This document shows positions 34,810 to 44,711 of a DNA stretch of 64,000 nt, one piece after another. The translations under genes and the position numbers were made by a program. The notes under the pieces are model-generated. The model had not been told where the DNA came from. It made no database searches and saw nothing but the letters and a program-made list of their open reading frames with translations. Origin of the DNA: Candidatus Moraniibacteriota bacterium (GTDB lineage Bacteria; Patescibacteriota; Minisyncoccia; Moranbacterales; UBA2206). Numbering within the stretch: position 1 is the first letter of the stretch; each line of letters opens with the position of its first letter. The stretch lies in the NCBI GenBank assembly GCA_030645735.1, contig JAUSNP010000006.1, forward strand, positions 68,095 to 132,094, given 5' to 3'.

Positions 34810-36207
34810 TTGAAGCTAATTAAAAAACGAATGGAAACGAATATGCTAGATTTGTCAAAAATTAAAAAAGTATATGTTATTGGCATCAAGGGTTCTGGTG
34901 TGATTGCTTTGGTGCAAATTTTGCAATCGATCGGGATTGAAATAACGGGCTCAGACACGCATGAAAAGTTTTTCACTGATGAAGTTTTACAAAAGTTGGG
35001 TATCCAATATTTTGAAAATTTTGCGGCGAAAAATATTCCGGCTGACGCTGATCTGATTTTGTATTCGACAGCCTACAATGAGCATAACAATATTGAGTTT
35101 GCCCAAGCAAAAAGCCACAATTTTACAATGATGAGCTATCCGGAATTGTTGGCGCAACTTTTCAATCAAAAATATGGCATCGCGGTTTGCGGGACACATG
35201 GCAAAACTACAACCTCCGCCATGTTGGCCTATGTGATGCAACAAGTTGGAACTTCGCCAACAGCTGTGATTGGCAGTCGCGTGCGCCAATGGGGTTCCAA
35301 TGCGTTGATCGGCAATGGTGAGACATTTGTGATTGAGGCCGATGAGTTTCAAAACAAATTGGCGCTCTATGAGCCTAAGGCGGCGATTTTGACCAGTGTG
35401 GACTATGATCATCCGGATTTTTATCCAACTTTTGCCGAATATAAAAAAGCTTTTGAAGATTTTGTGATGAAGATTCCCAAAATTGGATTTTTGGCTGTGT
35501 GGGGAGATTCAGTGGCCACCAATGAGGTGGTGTGTGGCGCGCAGTGTGAAATAATAAAATATGGCTTCCAAGAAGACAATGATGTGGTGATTGTAAAAAA
35601 AGATGCACAGAATTTTGCTGTGATTTATTCTGGCAAAGACCTAGGTGATTTCGCAATGCAATTAGTTGGCGATCATAATATTTTGAATGCTGTTTCAGTG
35701 ATTATTGTGTGTCATAAATTGAATTTAGATATGGAAAAAGTGCGTGAAGCTTTGCGGAATTTTGAAGGTACTTCTAGAAGATTTGAAATTGTAGGACAAA
35801 GAAATGGCGCGATTTTGATTGATGACTATGGTCATCACCCAGAAGAAATCAAAGTGACTTTGAAAGGCGCGCGCGAGAAATATTCCGACAAAAATTTGAT
35901 TGTAGTTTTTCATCCGCATTCCTATTCACGCACTGAAGCTCTGTTGCAAGATTTTGCGCAAAGCTTTGATGATGCGGACAAGGTGATTGTGTTGGATATT
36001 TATGGTTCGGCCAGAGAAAATACTGGCAAGGTTTCTTCATTAGATTTGGTGAATCTGATCAACAAATACAATCGCGACAAAGCCGAGCACATTCCAACTA
36101 TCGATGAATGCGTCGAATCTTTGCAAGACAAAATTGGTGACCAAGACATCGTCCTCACCATCGGCGCCGGCAATGTTTTTGAGGTGGTGAATAAATTGAA
36201 ACAATAA
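34810..36207 (+). CDS. murC: UDP-N-acetylmuramate--L-alanine ligase
   Basis: YVIGIKGSGVIALVQIL...GSD...CGTHGKTTTSAML are Mur ligase motifs. Confidence 0.9.
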   Translation: MKLIKKRMETNMLDLSKIKKVYVIGIKGSGVIALVQILQSIGIEITGSDTHEKFFTDEVLQKLGIQYFENFAAKNIPADADLILYSTAYNEHNNIEFAQAKSHNFTMMSYPELLAQLFNQKYGIAVCGTHGKTTTSAMLAYVMQQVGTSPTAVIGSRVRQWGSNALIGNGETFVIEADEFQNKLALYEPKAAILTSVDYDHPDFYPTFAEYKKAFEDFVMKIPKIGFLAVWGDSVATNEVVCGAQCEIIKYGFQEDNDVVIVKKDAQNFAVIYSGKDLGDFAMQLVGDHNILNAVSVIIVCHKLNLDMEKVREALRNFEGTSRRFEIVGQRNGAILIDDYGHHPEEIKVTLKGAREKYSDKNLIVVFHPHSYSRTEALLQDFAQSFDDADKVIVLDIYGSARENTGKVSSLDLVNLINKYNRDKAEHIPTIDECVESLQDKIGDQDIVLTIGAGNVFEVVNKLKQ

Positions 36208-36227
36208 TTTTTTTAATTTATAAAAAC

Positions 36228-36527
36228 ATGACAACAAATGAATTTCAAGAAATGTGTGCCAAGACGGTAGGCGATATTGATGCAAAATATAATATTATTC
36301 GTGATCCCCACTTTAGTTTTACGCAATTTATTGAAGAAGTTGGTGAACTAGCAAAAGAAATAAATAAACCAAGATTGCGCAATAAAGAAATAGATCGAGA
36401 AAATCTAAATGGCGAATTTGCTGATGTTGCATTACAGTTTTATGCACTTGCTAAAATATTAAATGTTGATGTGGATGAAGCGGTGGCGTCAAAAACTAAG
36501 ATATTAAAAGAAAGGCATAATTTATAA
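36228..36527 (+). CDS. MazG-like nucleotide pyrophosphohydrolase (second copy)
   Basis: IEEVGELAKE...EFADVALQFYALAKILNVDVDEAV. Confidence 0.65.
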   Translation: MTTNEFQEMCAKTVGDIDAKYNIIRDPHFSFTQFIEEVGELAKEINKPRLRNKEIDRENLNGEFADVALQFYALAKILNVDVDEAVASKTKILKERHNL

Positions 36528-36552
36528 TCTTTGATAAAAGTAAATTAGGATA

Positions 36553-39270
36553 ATGGTAAAAAATAAAAACATCTACAACATGTCAGTCGCGGAAATCTTG
36601 AAAAAGTTTTCGACGACGGAGAAGGGGCTTTCTGAGGAGGAGGCGAAAAATCGTCTCAAGGAGTTTGGGCAAAACAAATTGCAGAAAAAAGCTAGTTGGA
36701 GATGGTTGAAATTGATTTGGAATCAATTCAATGATGCTTTGGTGTGGATTTTGTTGGTGGCAGCGAGTTTGGCATCATTTTTTCATGAGTGGAGAGATGT
36801 GACAATCATCTTGATTATTGTGGCCATCAATGCAACTATCGGATTTTTTCAAGAATGGAAAGCTGAGCGAATTTTGGATCAAATCAAAAATCTGACCACA
36901 GAAAAAGCGGTGGTTTTTCGCGATGGCGAGAAAAAGCAAATTGATACCAAATTTTTAGTGCCTGGAGACGCGGTATTTGTGGTGAGTGGTGACAAGGTTC
37001 CAGCCGATGGATATCTAATTGAAAATTATGATTTCAAAGTGAACAGTTTTATCTTTACTGGCGAATCAAAAGCGGAAAGCAAATCTGCCAAAGTCATCGC
37101 TGAAGAAAATGTGGCCTTGGCAGACATCGATAATATGGTTTTTATGGGTGAAACAATTGCAGTGGGTGAAGCAGTATTTGTCGTGACGGGCACAGGTATG
37201 AATACGGAGTTGGGCAAAATTGCCAATCTGACGCAAGAGGTGAAAGAAGATTTGACGCCAATGCAAAAACAAATGCGCACTCTCGGTCGTGATGTGACGA
37301 TTTTGTCAGTTTTGATTGGCGTGTTGGTTCTGATTGCTGGGCAATATTTCAACATGTCACTTTATCAGAATTTTCTTTTTGCTTTAGCCTTAGCAGTATC
37401 GGTCGTACCAGAGGGCTTGCCAGCGGCTATTTCAGTGGCCTTGTCACTTGGCATGAAAAGACTTTTGAAAGATAATGTATTGGCGAAAAAATTGAACGCC
37501 GTGGAAACTTTGGGCTCAGTGGATATTATTTGCACAGACAAGACCGGCACCATCACTTGCAATGAATTGACAGTCACCAAGGTGGTGGTCAATAATCAAA
37601 TTTTTGAAGTGAGTGGTAGTGGCTATGAACCGACTGGAAATTTCTCCATGGCTGGCAAAAATATAAAACCAACAGAAGTGCAGAATTTGGAATTGTTGTG
37701 CAAAATTGGCGCGCTTTGCAATGATGCTAGTTTAATAAAAGATAATGAGCAATATAAAATCATAGGTGATCCGACTGAGGGCGCGATTGTGGTTTTGGGC
37801 AAAAAATTCAATGCCAAAAAAGACTTCTTTGAAAAAGGTGAAAAGAAGCTCAGTGAAAATCCTTTTTCTTCCGACCGGATGCGGATGAGCGTGATTTTCA
37901 AAAATTCCAATACAAATTCTTTCGTGAAGGGTTCACCGGATGTGCTTTTGGACTTGTGTACGCAAAAAAAGATTGGCACGGAAATTACGCAATTTTCAGA
38001 TGTTGAAAAAGAAGCGGTCAAAAAAATGTACAACACTATGTCGGCTGAGGCTTTGCGGGTTTTGGCTTTTGCTTATCGCAACTTGGATGATGTTGCCAAA
38101 AAAGATTATGCGCAGGAAGCAGAGAAGAATTTGATTTGGGTTGGTATGATGGCGATGATTGATCCACCAAGGCAGAATGTGGGCGAGGCCATCAAAGAAT
38201 GCAAAAGAATGGGCATCAAGGTGATTATGATCACAGGCGATTATGAAATCACTGCGCGCGCCATTGCCAAGAATGTGAATTTGATTGATGGTGATGAAAA
38301 CACTTTTGAAATTATCAATGGAAAAACCCTGAATGGTTTGAAAGACGCGGAAGTATATAAAAAGATAAAAGCCAAGGACGTGGTTTTTGCGCGCATCGCG
38401 CCGGAACAAAAATTGCGCATTGCGACAATTTTGAAAAACAATCGCCAAGTGATTGCTATGACGGGCGACGGCGTGAATGACGCGCCAGCTTTGAAAAAGG
38501 CGGACATCGGTGTGGCTATGGGTGTGATTGGCACAGATGTTTCCAAAGAAGCGGGGGATATGATTCTGCTAGATGACAATTTTGCATCAATTGTGAAAGG
38601 CGTGAAAGAAGGACGGACTATTTTTGTGAATCTGAAAAAATTTATACATTATGTTTTCACTTCCAATGCCAGTGAACTCATCACTGTTATTTTTGGAGTC
38701 ATTTTGCAAATTCCTTCCCCAATTTCAGCGGTGCAGATTTTGGCGGTGGACTTGGGCACGGATATTTTTCCATCTTTCGCCTTGGGATTGGAACCGCATG
38801 AACCAGGCGCTGGCAGTGAAAAGGCAGTCAGCAAAGGTGGAGTGATGACGACGAAAGGTTTTCGTCGCATAATGTATCTGGGTGTGATTATGGCCACCGG
38901 CGCGGTCATCGCATTTTTGTGGTCAATGTTGCGTGGCGGTTGGCATTTCGGAGACAAAATTGATCTAGATGCGCTGTTGTATATCAAATCAACGACTGCG
39001 GCCTATGCCGTACTTTCTATGACGCAGATGGCCAATCTTTTGCAATCGCGCAGTGAAAAACTCTCGCCCTTCCAATTGGGATTTTTCAAAAATCCGCACG
39101 CCTTGTTTGCAATCCTGATTTCCTTTATAATGCTCTTGCTGTTTATGTATTTGCCAATCTTGCAAAAATATCTGCACATGGCACCAATTGATTGGAAAGA
39201 TTGGATAGTCGTAGCCGTATCATTTGTAGTGGTATTTGTGTGGGAAGAAGCCAGAAAAAGTGAGAAATAA
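36553..39270 (+). CDS. P-type cation-transporting ATPase (type II, Ca2+/Mg2+-like)
   Basis: DKTGTIT phosphorylation site, the TGDGVNDAPALKKADIGVAMG hinge, and 8-10 TM helices. Confidence 0.9.
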   Translation: MVKNKNIYNMSVAEILKKFSTTEKGLSEEEAKNRLKEFGQNKLQKKASWRWLKLIWNQFNDALVWILLVAASLASFFHEWRDVTIILIIVAINATIGFFQEWKAERILDQIKNLTTEKAVVFRDGEKKQIDTKFLVPGDAVFVVSGDKVPADGYLIENYDFKVNSFIFTGESKAESKSAKVIAEENVALADIDNMVFMGETIAVGEAVFVVTGTGMNTELGKIANLTQEVKEDLTPMQKQMRTLGRDVTILSVLIGVLVLIAGQYFNMSLYQNFLFALALAVSVVPEGLPAAISVALSLGMKRLLKDNVLAKKLNAVETLGSVDIICTDKTGTITCNELTVTKVVVNNQIFEVSGSGYEPTGNFSMAGKNIKPTEVQNLELLCKIGALCNDASLIKDNEQYKIIGDPTEGAIVVLGKKFNAKKDFFEKGEKKLSENPFSSDRMRMSVIFKNSNTNSFVKGSPDVLLDLCTQKKIGTEITQFSDVEKEAVKKMYNTMSAEALRVLAFAYRNLDDVAKKDYAQEAEKNLIWVGMMAMIDPPRQNVGEAIKECKRMGIKVIMITGDYEITARAIAKNVNLIDGDENTFEIINGKTLNGLKDAEVYKKIKAKDVVFARIAPEQKLRIATILKNNRQVIAMTGDGVNDAPALKKADIGVAMGVIGTDVSKEAGDMILLDDNFASIVKGVKEGRTIFVNLKKFIHYVFTSNASELITVIFGVILQIPSPISAVQILAVDLGTDIFPSFALGLEPHEPGAGSEKAVSKGGVMTTKGFRRIMYLGVIMATGAVIAFLWSMLRGGWHFGDKIDLDALLYIKSTTAAYAVLSMTQMANLLQSRSEKLSPFQLGFFKNPHALFAILISFIMLLLFMYLPILQKYLHMAPIDWKDWIVVAVSFVVVFVWEEARKSEK

Positions 39271-39317
39271 AAAAAATAAAAAACACTTCAGCAAGGTTAT
39301 CATATTGAAGTAAGAAA

Positions 39318-39527
39318 ATGAAAGACTTGATGCAAAAATACAAGAAAATAACCGGCGTGGTTTTTATAATCTTGGGAATCTTGGCTTTGATTACGCCATT
39401 GACTCCAGGGTCTTGGTTGATTTTTGTGGGCTTGGAATTGATTGGAATGCGACTGGCTTTTTATAAAAATTTGCAAAATGCTATAATGAATTTAGTAACT
39501 AGATATTCAAAAGAAAACAATGATTGA
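39318..39527 (+). CDS. hypothetical small membrane protein
   Basis: 69 aa with two TM helices. Confidence 0.4.
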   Translation: MKDLMQKYKKITGVVFIILGILALITPLTPGSWLIFVGLELIGMRLAFYKNLQNAIMNLVTRYSKENND

Positions 39528-40464
39528 TATTCAAAAAAATGTAGTTTTAGCGCCTCACACAACCTTCAAAATTGGCGGACCAGCCAAGGAATTTGTGGTG
39601 GTCAAAAATGAAGAAGAATTGCTTGAAGCCTTGCATTATGCTAAAGATAATAATCTAAAATATTATATCTTAGCTGGCGGTAGCAATGTTTTGTTTGCTG
39701 ACGAAGGTTTCGATGGTTTAGTGATTCGCATTTCAGGAAGAGGTGAAATCAAGTTGCTGGAAGATCAGAAAATTGAATCTTGGACGGGTGAAACTCTTGG
39801 GCAGATTGTGAATTTTTCCAAGGAAAATTCTTTGGCCGGCATGGAAAATTTGATTGGTATTCCTGGGTCAATTGGCGGGGCAGTGCGTGGCAATGCGGGA
39901 GCGTTTGGGACTGACACCAAGGATTTAGTTGAAAAAGTTAGAGCGGTTGATATTTCAAATAGCGAGAGTATAATTAGAGAGTACTCAAATGCAGAATGTG
40001 ATTTCGCCTACAGACACAGCATATTCAAAGAAAATCCGAAATTGATTATTCTGTCAGTTACATTGAAATTGAAGTCTGGCAACAAAGATGAGATATTTCA
40101 GAGGATGAAGGAAATAATAAAGACAAGAAATGACAAATTGCCGATGGGTTGGGTGGGGTGCGCCGGAAGCATCTTTGAAAATCCGCATGTAGAGAATGCA
40201 GAACTTCACGAAAGATTTAAGGCAGCAAGCGGATTCATCTATCCAAGTGGAGAGATTCCCGCCGGCTGGCTCATCAGTGAAATGGGGTTGCGTGGAAAGA
40301 AGATGGGTGGAATTGAAGTGAGTAAAAAGCATGCCAATTTCATCATCAACGCGGGTGGTGGCACAGCGAATGACGTGGTGATGCTGACCAGTTTCATCAA
40401 GCAACAAGTGCGAGACAATCTGGGTGTGCAACTCAAAGAAGAAGTGAATTATATTGGATACTAA
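39520..40464 (+). CDS. murB: UDP-N-acetylenolpyruvoylglucosamine reductase
   Basis: HTTFKIGGPAKEFVVV...ILAGGSNVLF is the FAD-binding MurB N-terminus. Confidence 0.9.
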   Translation: MIDIQKNVVLAPHTTFKIGGPAKEFVVVKNEEELLEALHYAKDNNLKYYILAGGSNVLFADEGFDGLVIRISGRGEIKLLEDQKIESWTGETLGQIVNFSKENSLAGMENLIGIPGSIGGAVRGNAGAFGTDTKDLVEKVRAVDISNSESIIREYSNAECDFAYRHSIFKENPKLIILSVTLKLKSGNKDEIFQRMKEIIKTRNDKLPMGWVGCAGSIFENPHVENAELHERFKAASGFIYPSGEIPAGWLISEMGLRGKKMGGIEVSKKHANFIINAGGGTANDVVMLTSFIKQQVRDNLGVQLKEEVNYIGY

Positions 40465-40482
40465 TTATTTAAGATTAAATAT

Positions 40483-40851
40483 ATGACAATCGCAAGCAAA
40501 GACAATGTGAGATTTATGTACAAGGGGCTCAGAGCAGATGATGAATCAAAGGCATATATTTTGAAGAGACTAGAGCGCTTGGATAAGGTGACGGAAAAAG
40601 TTTTGCACAAAGAAGTGGAAGTTGATTTGGACAAAAAAGGCAAATTCCGCGTTGAAGTGATGATCAAAACTGCCTATGATTTGTTCCGCGCTGAGGAAAC
40701 CACCGAAAGCATCGAAGGATCAATTGATTTGGTGGTAGACGAATTGAAAGTTCAAATCACTAAAGACAAAGATAAAAGAAAAACCCTGATGAAACGCGGC
40801 GCGCAATCAATCAAGAAAAAAGTCGTAGTCGACAAAAGCGCGCGATTCTAA
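40483..40851 (+). CDS. hpf: ribosome hibernation promoting factor / RaiA family
   Basis: It matches the YfiA/HPF fold signature (EVDLDKKGKFRVEVMIKTAYDLFRAEETTESIEGSIDLVVDEL). Confidence 0.8.
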   Translation: MTIASKDNVRFMYKGLRADDESKAYILKRLERLDKVTEKVLHKEVEVDLDKKGKFRVEVMIKTAYDLFRAEETTESIEGSIDLVVDELKVQITKDKDKRKTLMKRGAQSIKKKVVVDKSARF

Positions 40852-40875
40852 ATAAAAATTAAATCCATATACTCA

Positions 40876-40915
40876 AAAGCCCCTTGTTTTGACGCAAGGG
40901 GCTTTTTCTTGTTTT
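40876..40915 (+). terminator. rho-independent terminator (hairpin AAAAGCCCCTTGTTTTGACGCAAGGGGCTTTTT)
   Basis: Near-identical to the hairpin at 41813-41847. Confidence 0.8.
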
Positions 40916-40959
40916 GTGATATAATATAAAAAATAAAGTTTTAAAAATTTATAAATCTC

Positions 40960-40992
40960 AATCCTTCCATACGACCATATAAGGAAGGATTC
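40960..40992 (+). promoter_or_regulatory. conserved hairpin motif copy 4 (AATCCTTCC-ATACGACCATATA-AGGAAGGATT)
   Basis: Perfect 9-bp stem, 12 nt upstream of ATG 41005. Confidence 0.6.
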
Positions 40993-41004
40993 AAAAACAA
41001 AAAA

Positions 41005-41760
41005 ATGAATCAAAAAATTCGAATTGAGATTGCAGTGGGATTTATTGCGGCACTAGCAATTTTGCTGGGTATATATTTTTGGAATAATGCCTCACAAATT
41101 TCGACAGGCGCACCAACAACCTCGAATATTGTTACTAAACCAGTTCAAAAAATGTGTACGCAAGAAGCTAAGTCTTGTGATGATGGCTCTTATGTTTCTA
41201 GAACTGGGCCGAATTGTGAATTCGCGGCATGTCCAAGCACAGATGCTTCGGCGGATATTGAGAAAAGTCGTATTGCCAATCCTGCTTCGATCAATTGCAC
41301 TCAGGAAGGTGGTCAGCTGGAAATTCGCACTGGAAATGACGGTGGGCAAGTTGGTTTTTGCAAATTTTCTGACGGATCAGAGTGCGAGGAATGGCAATTT
41401 TTCCAGGGTGAATGTAAATCAGGAAATAAAATTGCAGTTGAGTTTCCACTAGTAAATGCGGAAATTTCCAGTCCAATTTATGTTTCTGGTCGAGCGCGTG
41501 GCACATGGTTTTTTGAAGGTAGCTTTCCAGTAGAAGTTTATGATAGCAATAACAAATTGCTCGGCAGTTCGACCATCAGTTTTGCTCCCAAATCAGCGGA
41601 TGATACTTGGATGACCGAAAATTTTGTAAATTTTTCCGGTAGTGTAAAATTTAGCCAGCCTACTACAGCTAGTGGATATCTGCTTCTCAAGAAGGACAAT
41701 CCATCTGGCAATTCTGCGACGGATGAAGCATTGAGGCTAAATGTAAAATTCAAAAAGTAG
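41005..41760 (+). CDS. secreted Cys-rich protein with DUF333-like (putative hemolysin) domain
   Basis: N-terminal TM/signal. CTQEGGQLEIRTGNDGGQVGFCKFSDGSECEEWQFFQGEC fits the DUF333 pattern. Confidence 0.5.
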   Translation: MNQKIRIEIAVGFIAALAILLGIYFWNNASQISTGAPTTSNIVTKPVQKMCTQEAKSCDDGSYVSRTGPNCEFAACPSTDASADIEKSRIANPASINCTQEGGQLEIRTGNDGGQVGFCKFSDGSECEEWQFFQGECKSGNKIAVEFPLVNAEISSPIYVSGRARGTWFFEGSFPVEVYDSNNKLLGSSTISFAPKSADDTWMTENFVNFSGSVKFSQPTTASGYLLLKKDNPSGNSATDEALRLNVKFKK

Positions 41761-41812
41761 CGTATGTCTATAAATTAGAGGGCTTTAACTTTGAAAAATA
41801 TTTATAACTATC

Positions 41813-41847
41813 AAAAGCCTCTTGTTTTGACGCAAGGGGCTTTTTTT
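41813..41847 (+). terminator. rho-independent terminator (duplicate of the 40876 hairpin)
   Basis: AAAAGCCTCTTGTTTTGACGCAAGGGGCTTTTTTT. Confidence 0.8.
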
Positions 41848-42002
41848 GATAGAATTATAGGGTTAAATAAGGCTTTAAAATAAGGTAAGGATCTGTCTTT
41901 GCGATTCGCCAGCTGGCGAAGAAGCAATCTCGTTTGGGTGAATTAAACCTTGAGATTGCCACGTCGTCCGAGGCGGACTCCTCGCAATGACAATATAAAA
42001 TT

Positions 42003-44630
42003 ATGGGAATTTTCAGTAAACTGTTTGGTTCAAATCAGCGGGAAATTGCAAAACTTCGACCGATTGTGGAAAAAATCAATTCATATGAAGCGGCCATGCG
42101 TCGGCTTTCAGATGAGGAGTTGCGTGGCAAGACGCAAGAATTTAGAGACAGAATTGCCAAGGGTGAAACGCTGGATGAACTTTTGCCAGAGGCTTTCGCG
42201 GTTGTGCGCGAAGCAGCGGATCGCGTGAATGGCACACGACCTTTTGAAGTGCAGTTGGTTGGTGGCATCGTGTTGCACCAAGGCAAGATTGCTGAGATGA
42301 AAACTGGCGAAGGAAAAACTTTAACTTCAACTTTGCCAATCTACTTGAATGCACTTTCTGGCAAGGGCGTGCATGTCATTACCGTGAATGACTATTTGGC
42401 ACGACGCGACTGCAATTGGATGGGTTCAATTTTCTATTTCTTGGGTGTTTCCACAGCTTGCATCATCCATGATGCGTCATATATTTATGAAACAAAAGTA
42501 AGAGATGCATCAGAAGTGACAGTTGAAATGGAAAACTTGCGTGAAGTGATGCGTCGTGATGCCTACAACGCTGACATCACCTATGGAACCAATAATGAGT
42601 TCGGTTTTGATTATTTGCGTGACAACATGGTGCAATCTACCGCTCAGATGGTGCAACGCGAATTGAATTTTGCCATTGTAGATGAAGTCGATTCAATCTT
42701 GATCGATGAAGCGCGAACACCTTTGATTATTTCCGCGCCTGACACTGAATCGACAAAGCTTTATCAACAATTTGCGCAGATTGTACCGAAGTTGAAAAAG
42801 GATGAGGATTATGAAGTGGATGAAAAAATGAAAGCGGTGGTCATCACTGATTCTGGAATTTCAAAAGTGGAGCAAATGTTAGGCATTAGCAATTTGTATG
42901 AAACTGGTAAAATAGGTTTCGTGCATCATTTGGAACAAGCCTTGAAAGCCCAAGTGATTTTTCAACTCGACAGTGACTATGTCGTGAAGGATGGCGAAGT
43001 GATTATTGTGGATGACTTCACTGGTCGCTTGATGCCAGGGCGAAGATATTCCGAAGGTTTGCATCAAGCCATTGAAGCCAAGGAAAATGTAAAAGTGCAA
43101 AAAGAATCGCGCACACTGGCCACCATCACTTTCCAGAACTATTTTAGAATTTATAACAAGTTGGCTGGTATGACTGGAACAGCTCTGACTTCTGCCGAAG
43201 AATTTTTCAAAGTATATAATGTGGATGTGTTGGAAATTCCAACTAATCGCGTGATGCAAAGAAAAGATTTGGCAGATGTGATCTACAAAACCGAAAAAGG
43301 CAAATTCAATGCCATTATGGAAGAAATCAAAGAAGTGAGCAAAAAAGGTCAACCAGTTTTGGTGGGCACCATTGCCATTGAAAAGTCAGAATATTTGAGT
43401 GCGCTTTTGCAGAGAAATGGTGTGGCGCATGAAGTTTTGAATGCCAAGAATCATGAACGTGAAGCTTCAATCGTGGCCAAGGCTGGTCACAAAGGTTCTG
43501 TGACTATTGCCACTAACATGGCTGGTCGTGGAACTGACATCAAATTGGGTGAAGGCGTGAAGGAATTGGGTGGACTTTTAATCATTGGAACCGAACGACA
43601 TGAGGCACGCCGCATCGACAATCAGTTGCGCGGACGCGCCGGACGACAAGGTGATCCGGGAGTTTCACAATTTTATGTTTCCTTGGAAGATGAATTGATG
43701 CGTCGTTTCGGTGGAGACAAATTGAAGAATATGATGGATCGCTTAGGCTTGCCAGAAGATCAGCCGATTCAAAATGCTATCATTTCCAAGTCTATCGAGA
43801 GCGCCCAATCAAAAATTGAAGGTTTCAACTTCGATATTCGCAAACACGTTTTGGATTATGATGATGTCATGAACAAGCAACGTGAAGTTATCTACAAAAA
43901 AAGACGCGAGATTTTGGATATGCAAGACACGAAAAGTGAAATGCTAAATTATATCGGCGAAGAAATTGAGCATGCAGTTTCTTTCAATTGCGCCGGTGAT
44001 GAGGTGGATTGGGATGTCCAAGAAATCAACAACAATTTCCACGGAATAGTTTTTGCGCAAGGTGATTTGACTGGCAAATTGGCTGAAATCAAAAATGACG
44101 CACGCCACAATTCAGCGGAAAAAATCAGTATGATTATTGAGTTTTTGCTGGGCGTAGCTAAAGAGGTCTATGGCAAAAAAGAAATGGAAGTGGGCGCGGA
44201 ACAAATGCGTTCGATTGAAAAGGCGGTGATTTTGCAGACCATGGACATGTCTTGGATGAATCATTTGGATGAGATTGATTATTTGCGCGAGGGAATAGGG
44301 CTCCGTGGTTATGGACAACGCGATCCATTGATTGAATACAAGCGCGAAGCTTTCAGTATGTTCTCGCATTTGATGGAAAACGTGCGTGCCAACATCGTCA
44401 GCACAATTTTCCGCGTCAACACAGTTTCCACCCAACAAGCGCCGCAAGAAAAATTGAGTTTCAGTGGAGCCAATGATGAAGTGGAACAATTTGGCGCCGC
44501 CAAGACCGTGGAATCTGGTGAAAAATCTGAAGTTAAAAGATCACCCATTATCAATGATGACAAAACTGGACGCAACGATGCTTGTCCGTGTGGAAGTGGT
44601 AAAAAATATAAAAAATGTTGCGGAAAATAA
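42003..44630 (+). CDS. secA: preprotein translocase ATPase SecA
   Basis: 875 aa. MGIFSKLFGSNQREI is the N-terminus. DEAD-like motors. C-terminal zinc finger CPCGSGKKYKKCCG. Confidence 0.97.
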   Translation: MGIFSKLFGSNQREIAKLRPIVEKINSYEAAMRRLSDEELRGKTQEFRDRIAKGETLDELLPEAFAVVREAADRVNGTRPFEVQLVGGIVLHQGKIAEMKTGEGKTLTSTLPIYLNALSGKGVHVITVNDYLARRDCNWMGSIFYFLGVSTACIIHDASYIYETKVRDASEVTVEMENLREVMRRDAYNADITYGTNNEFGFDYLRDNMVQSTAQMVQRELNFAIVDEVDSILIDEARTPLIISAPDTESTKLYQQFAQIVPKLKKDEDYEVDEKMKAVVITDSGISKVEQMLGISNLYETGKIGFVHHLEQALKAQVIFQLDSDYVVKDGEVIIVDDFTGRLMPGRRYSEGLHQAIEAKENVKVQKESRTLATITFQNYFRIYNKLAGMTGTALTSAEEFFKVYNVDVLEIPTNRVMQRKDLADVIYKTEKGKFNAIMEEIKEVSKKGQPVLVGTIAIEKSEYLSALLQRNGVAHEVLNAKNHEREASIVAKAGHKGSVTIATNMAGRGTDIKLGEGVKELGGLLIIGTERHEARRIDNQLRGRAGRQGDPGVSQFYVSLEDELMRRFGGDKLKNMMDRLGLPEDQPIQNAIISKSIESAQSKIEGFNFDIRKHVLDYDDVMNKQREVIYKKRREILDMQDTKSEMLNYIGEEIEHAVSFNCAGDEVDWDVQEINNNFHGIVFAQGDLTGKLAEIKNDARHNSAEKISMIIEFLLGVAKEVYGKKEMEVGAEQMRSIEKAVILQTMDMSWMNHLDEIDYLREGIGLRGYGQRDPLIEYKREAFSMFSHLMENVRANIVSTIFRVNTVSTQQAPQEKLSFSGANDEVEQFGAAKTVESGEKSEVKRSPIINDDKTGRNDACPCGSGKKYKKCCGK

Positions 44631-44711
44631 CATGGGTGTGGATAACTTATTCTTTGCATGCGACTATTTTTAGTTTATAATAATAGTAGTAAATAATAAA
44701 TTTTTTTAAAA

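Noticed and set aside
41950-42228. 92-aa ORF overlapping the secA start in another frame
   Set aside because: Arg-rich translation of the GC-rich leader. secA is unambiguous in the other frame.
42035-44659. Numerous 60-160-aa antisense or alternate-frame ORFs inside secA, the P-type ATPase, PBP1A, the sensor and the Clp-like gene
   Set aside because: They are shadow ORFs within well-supported long genes.
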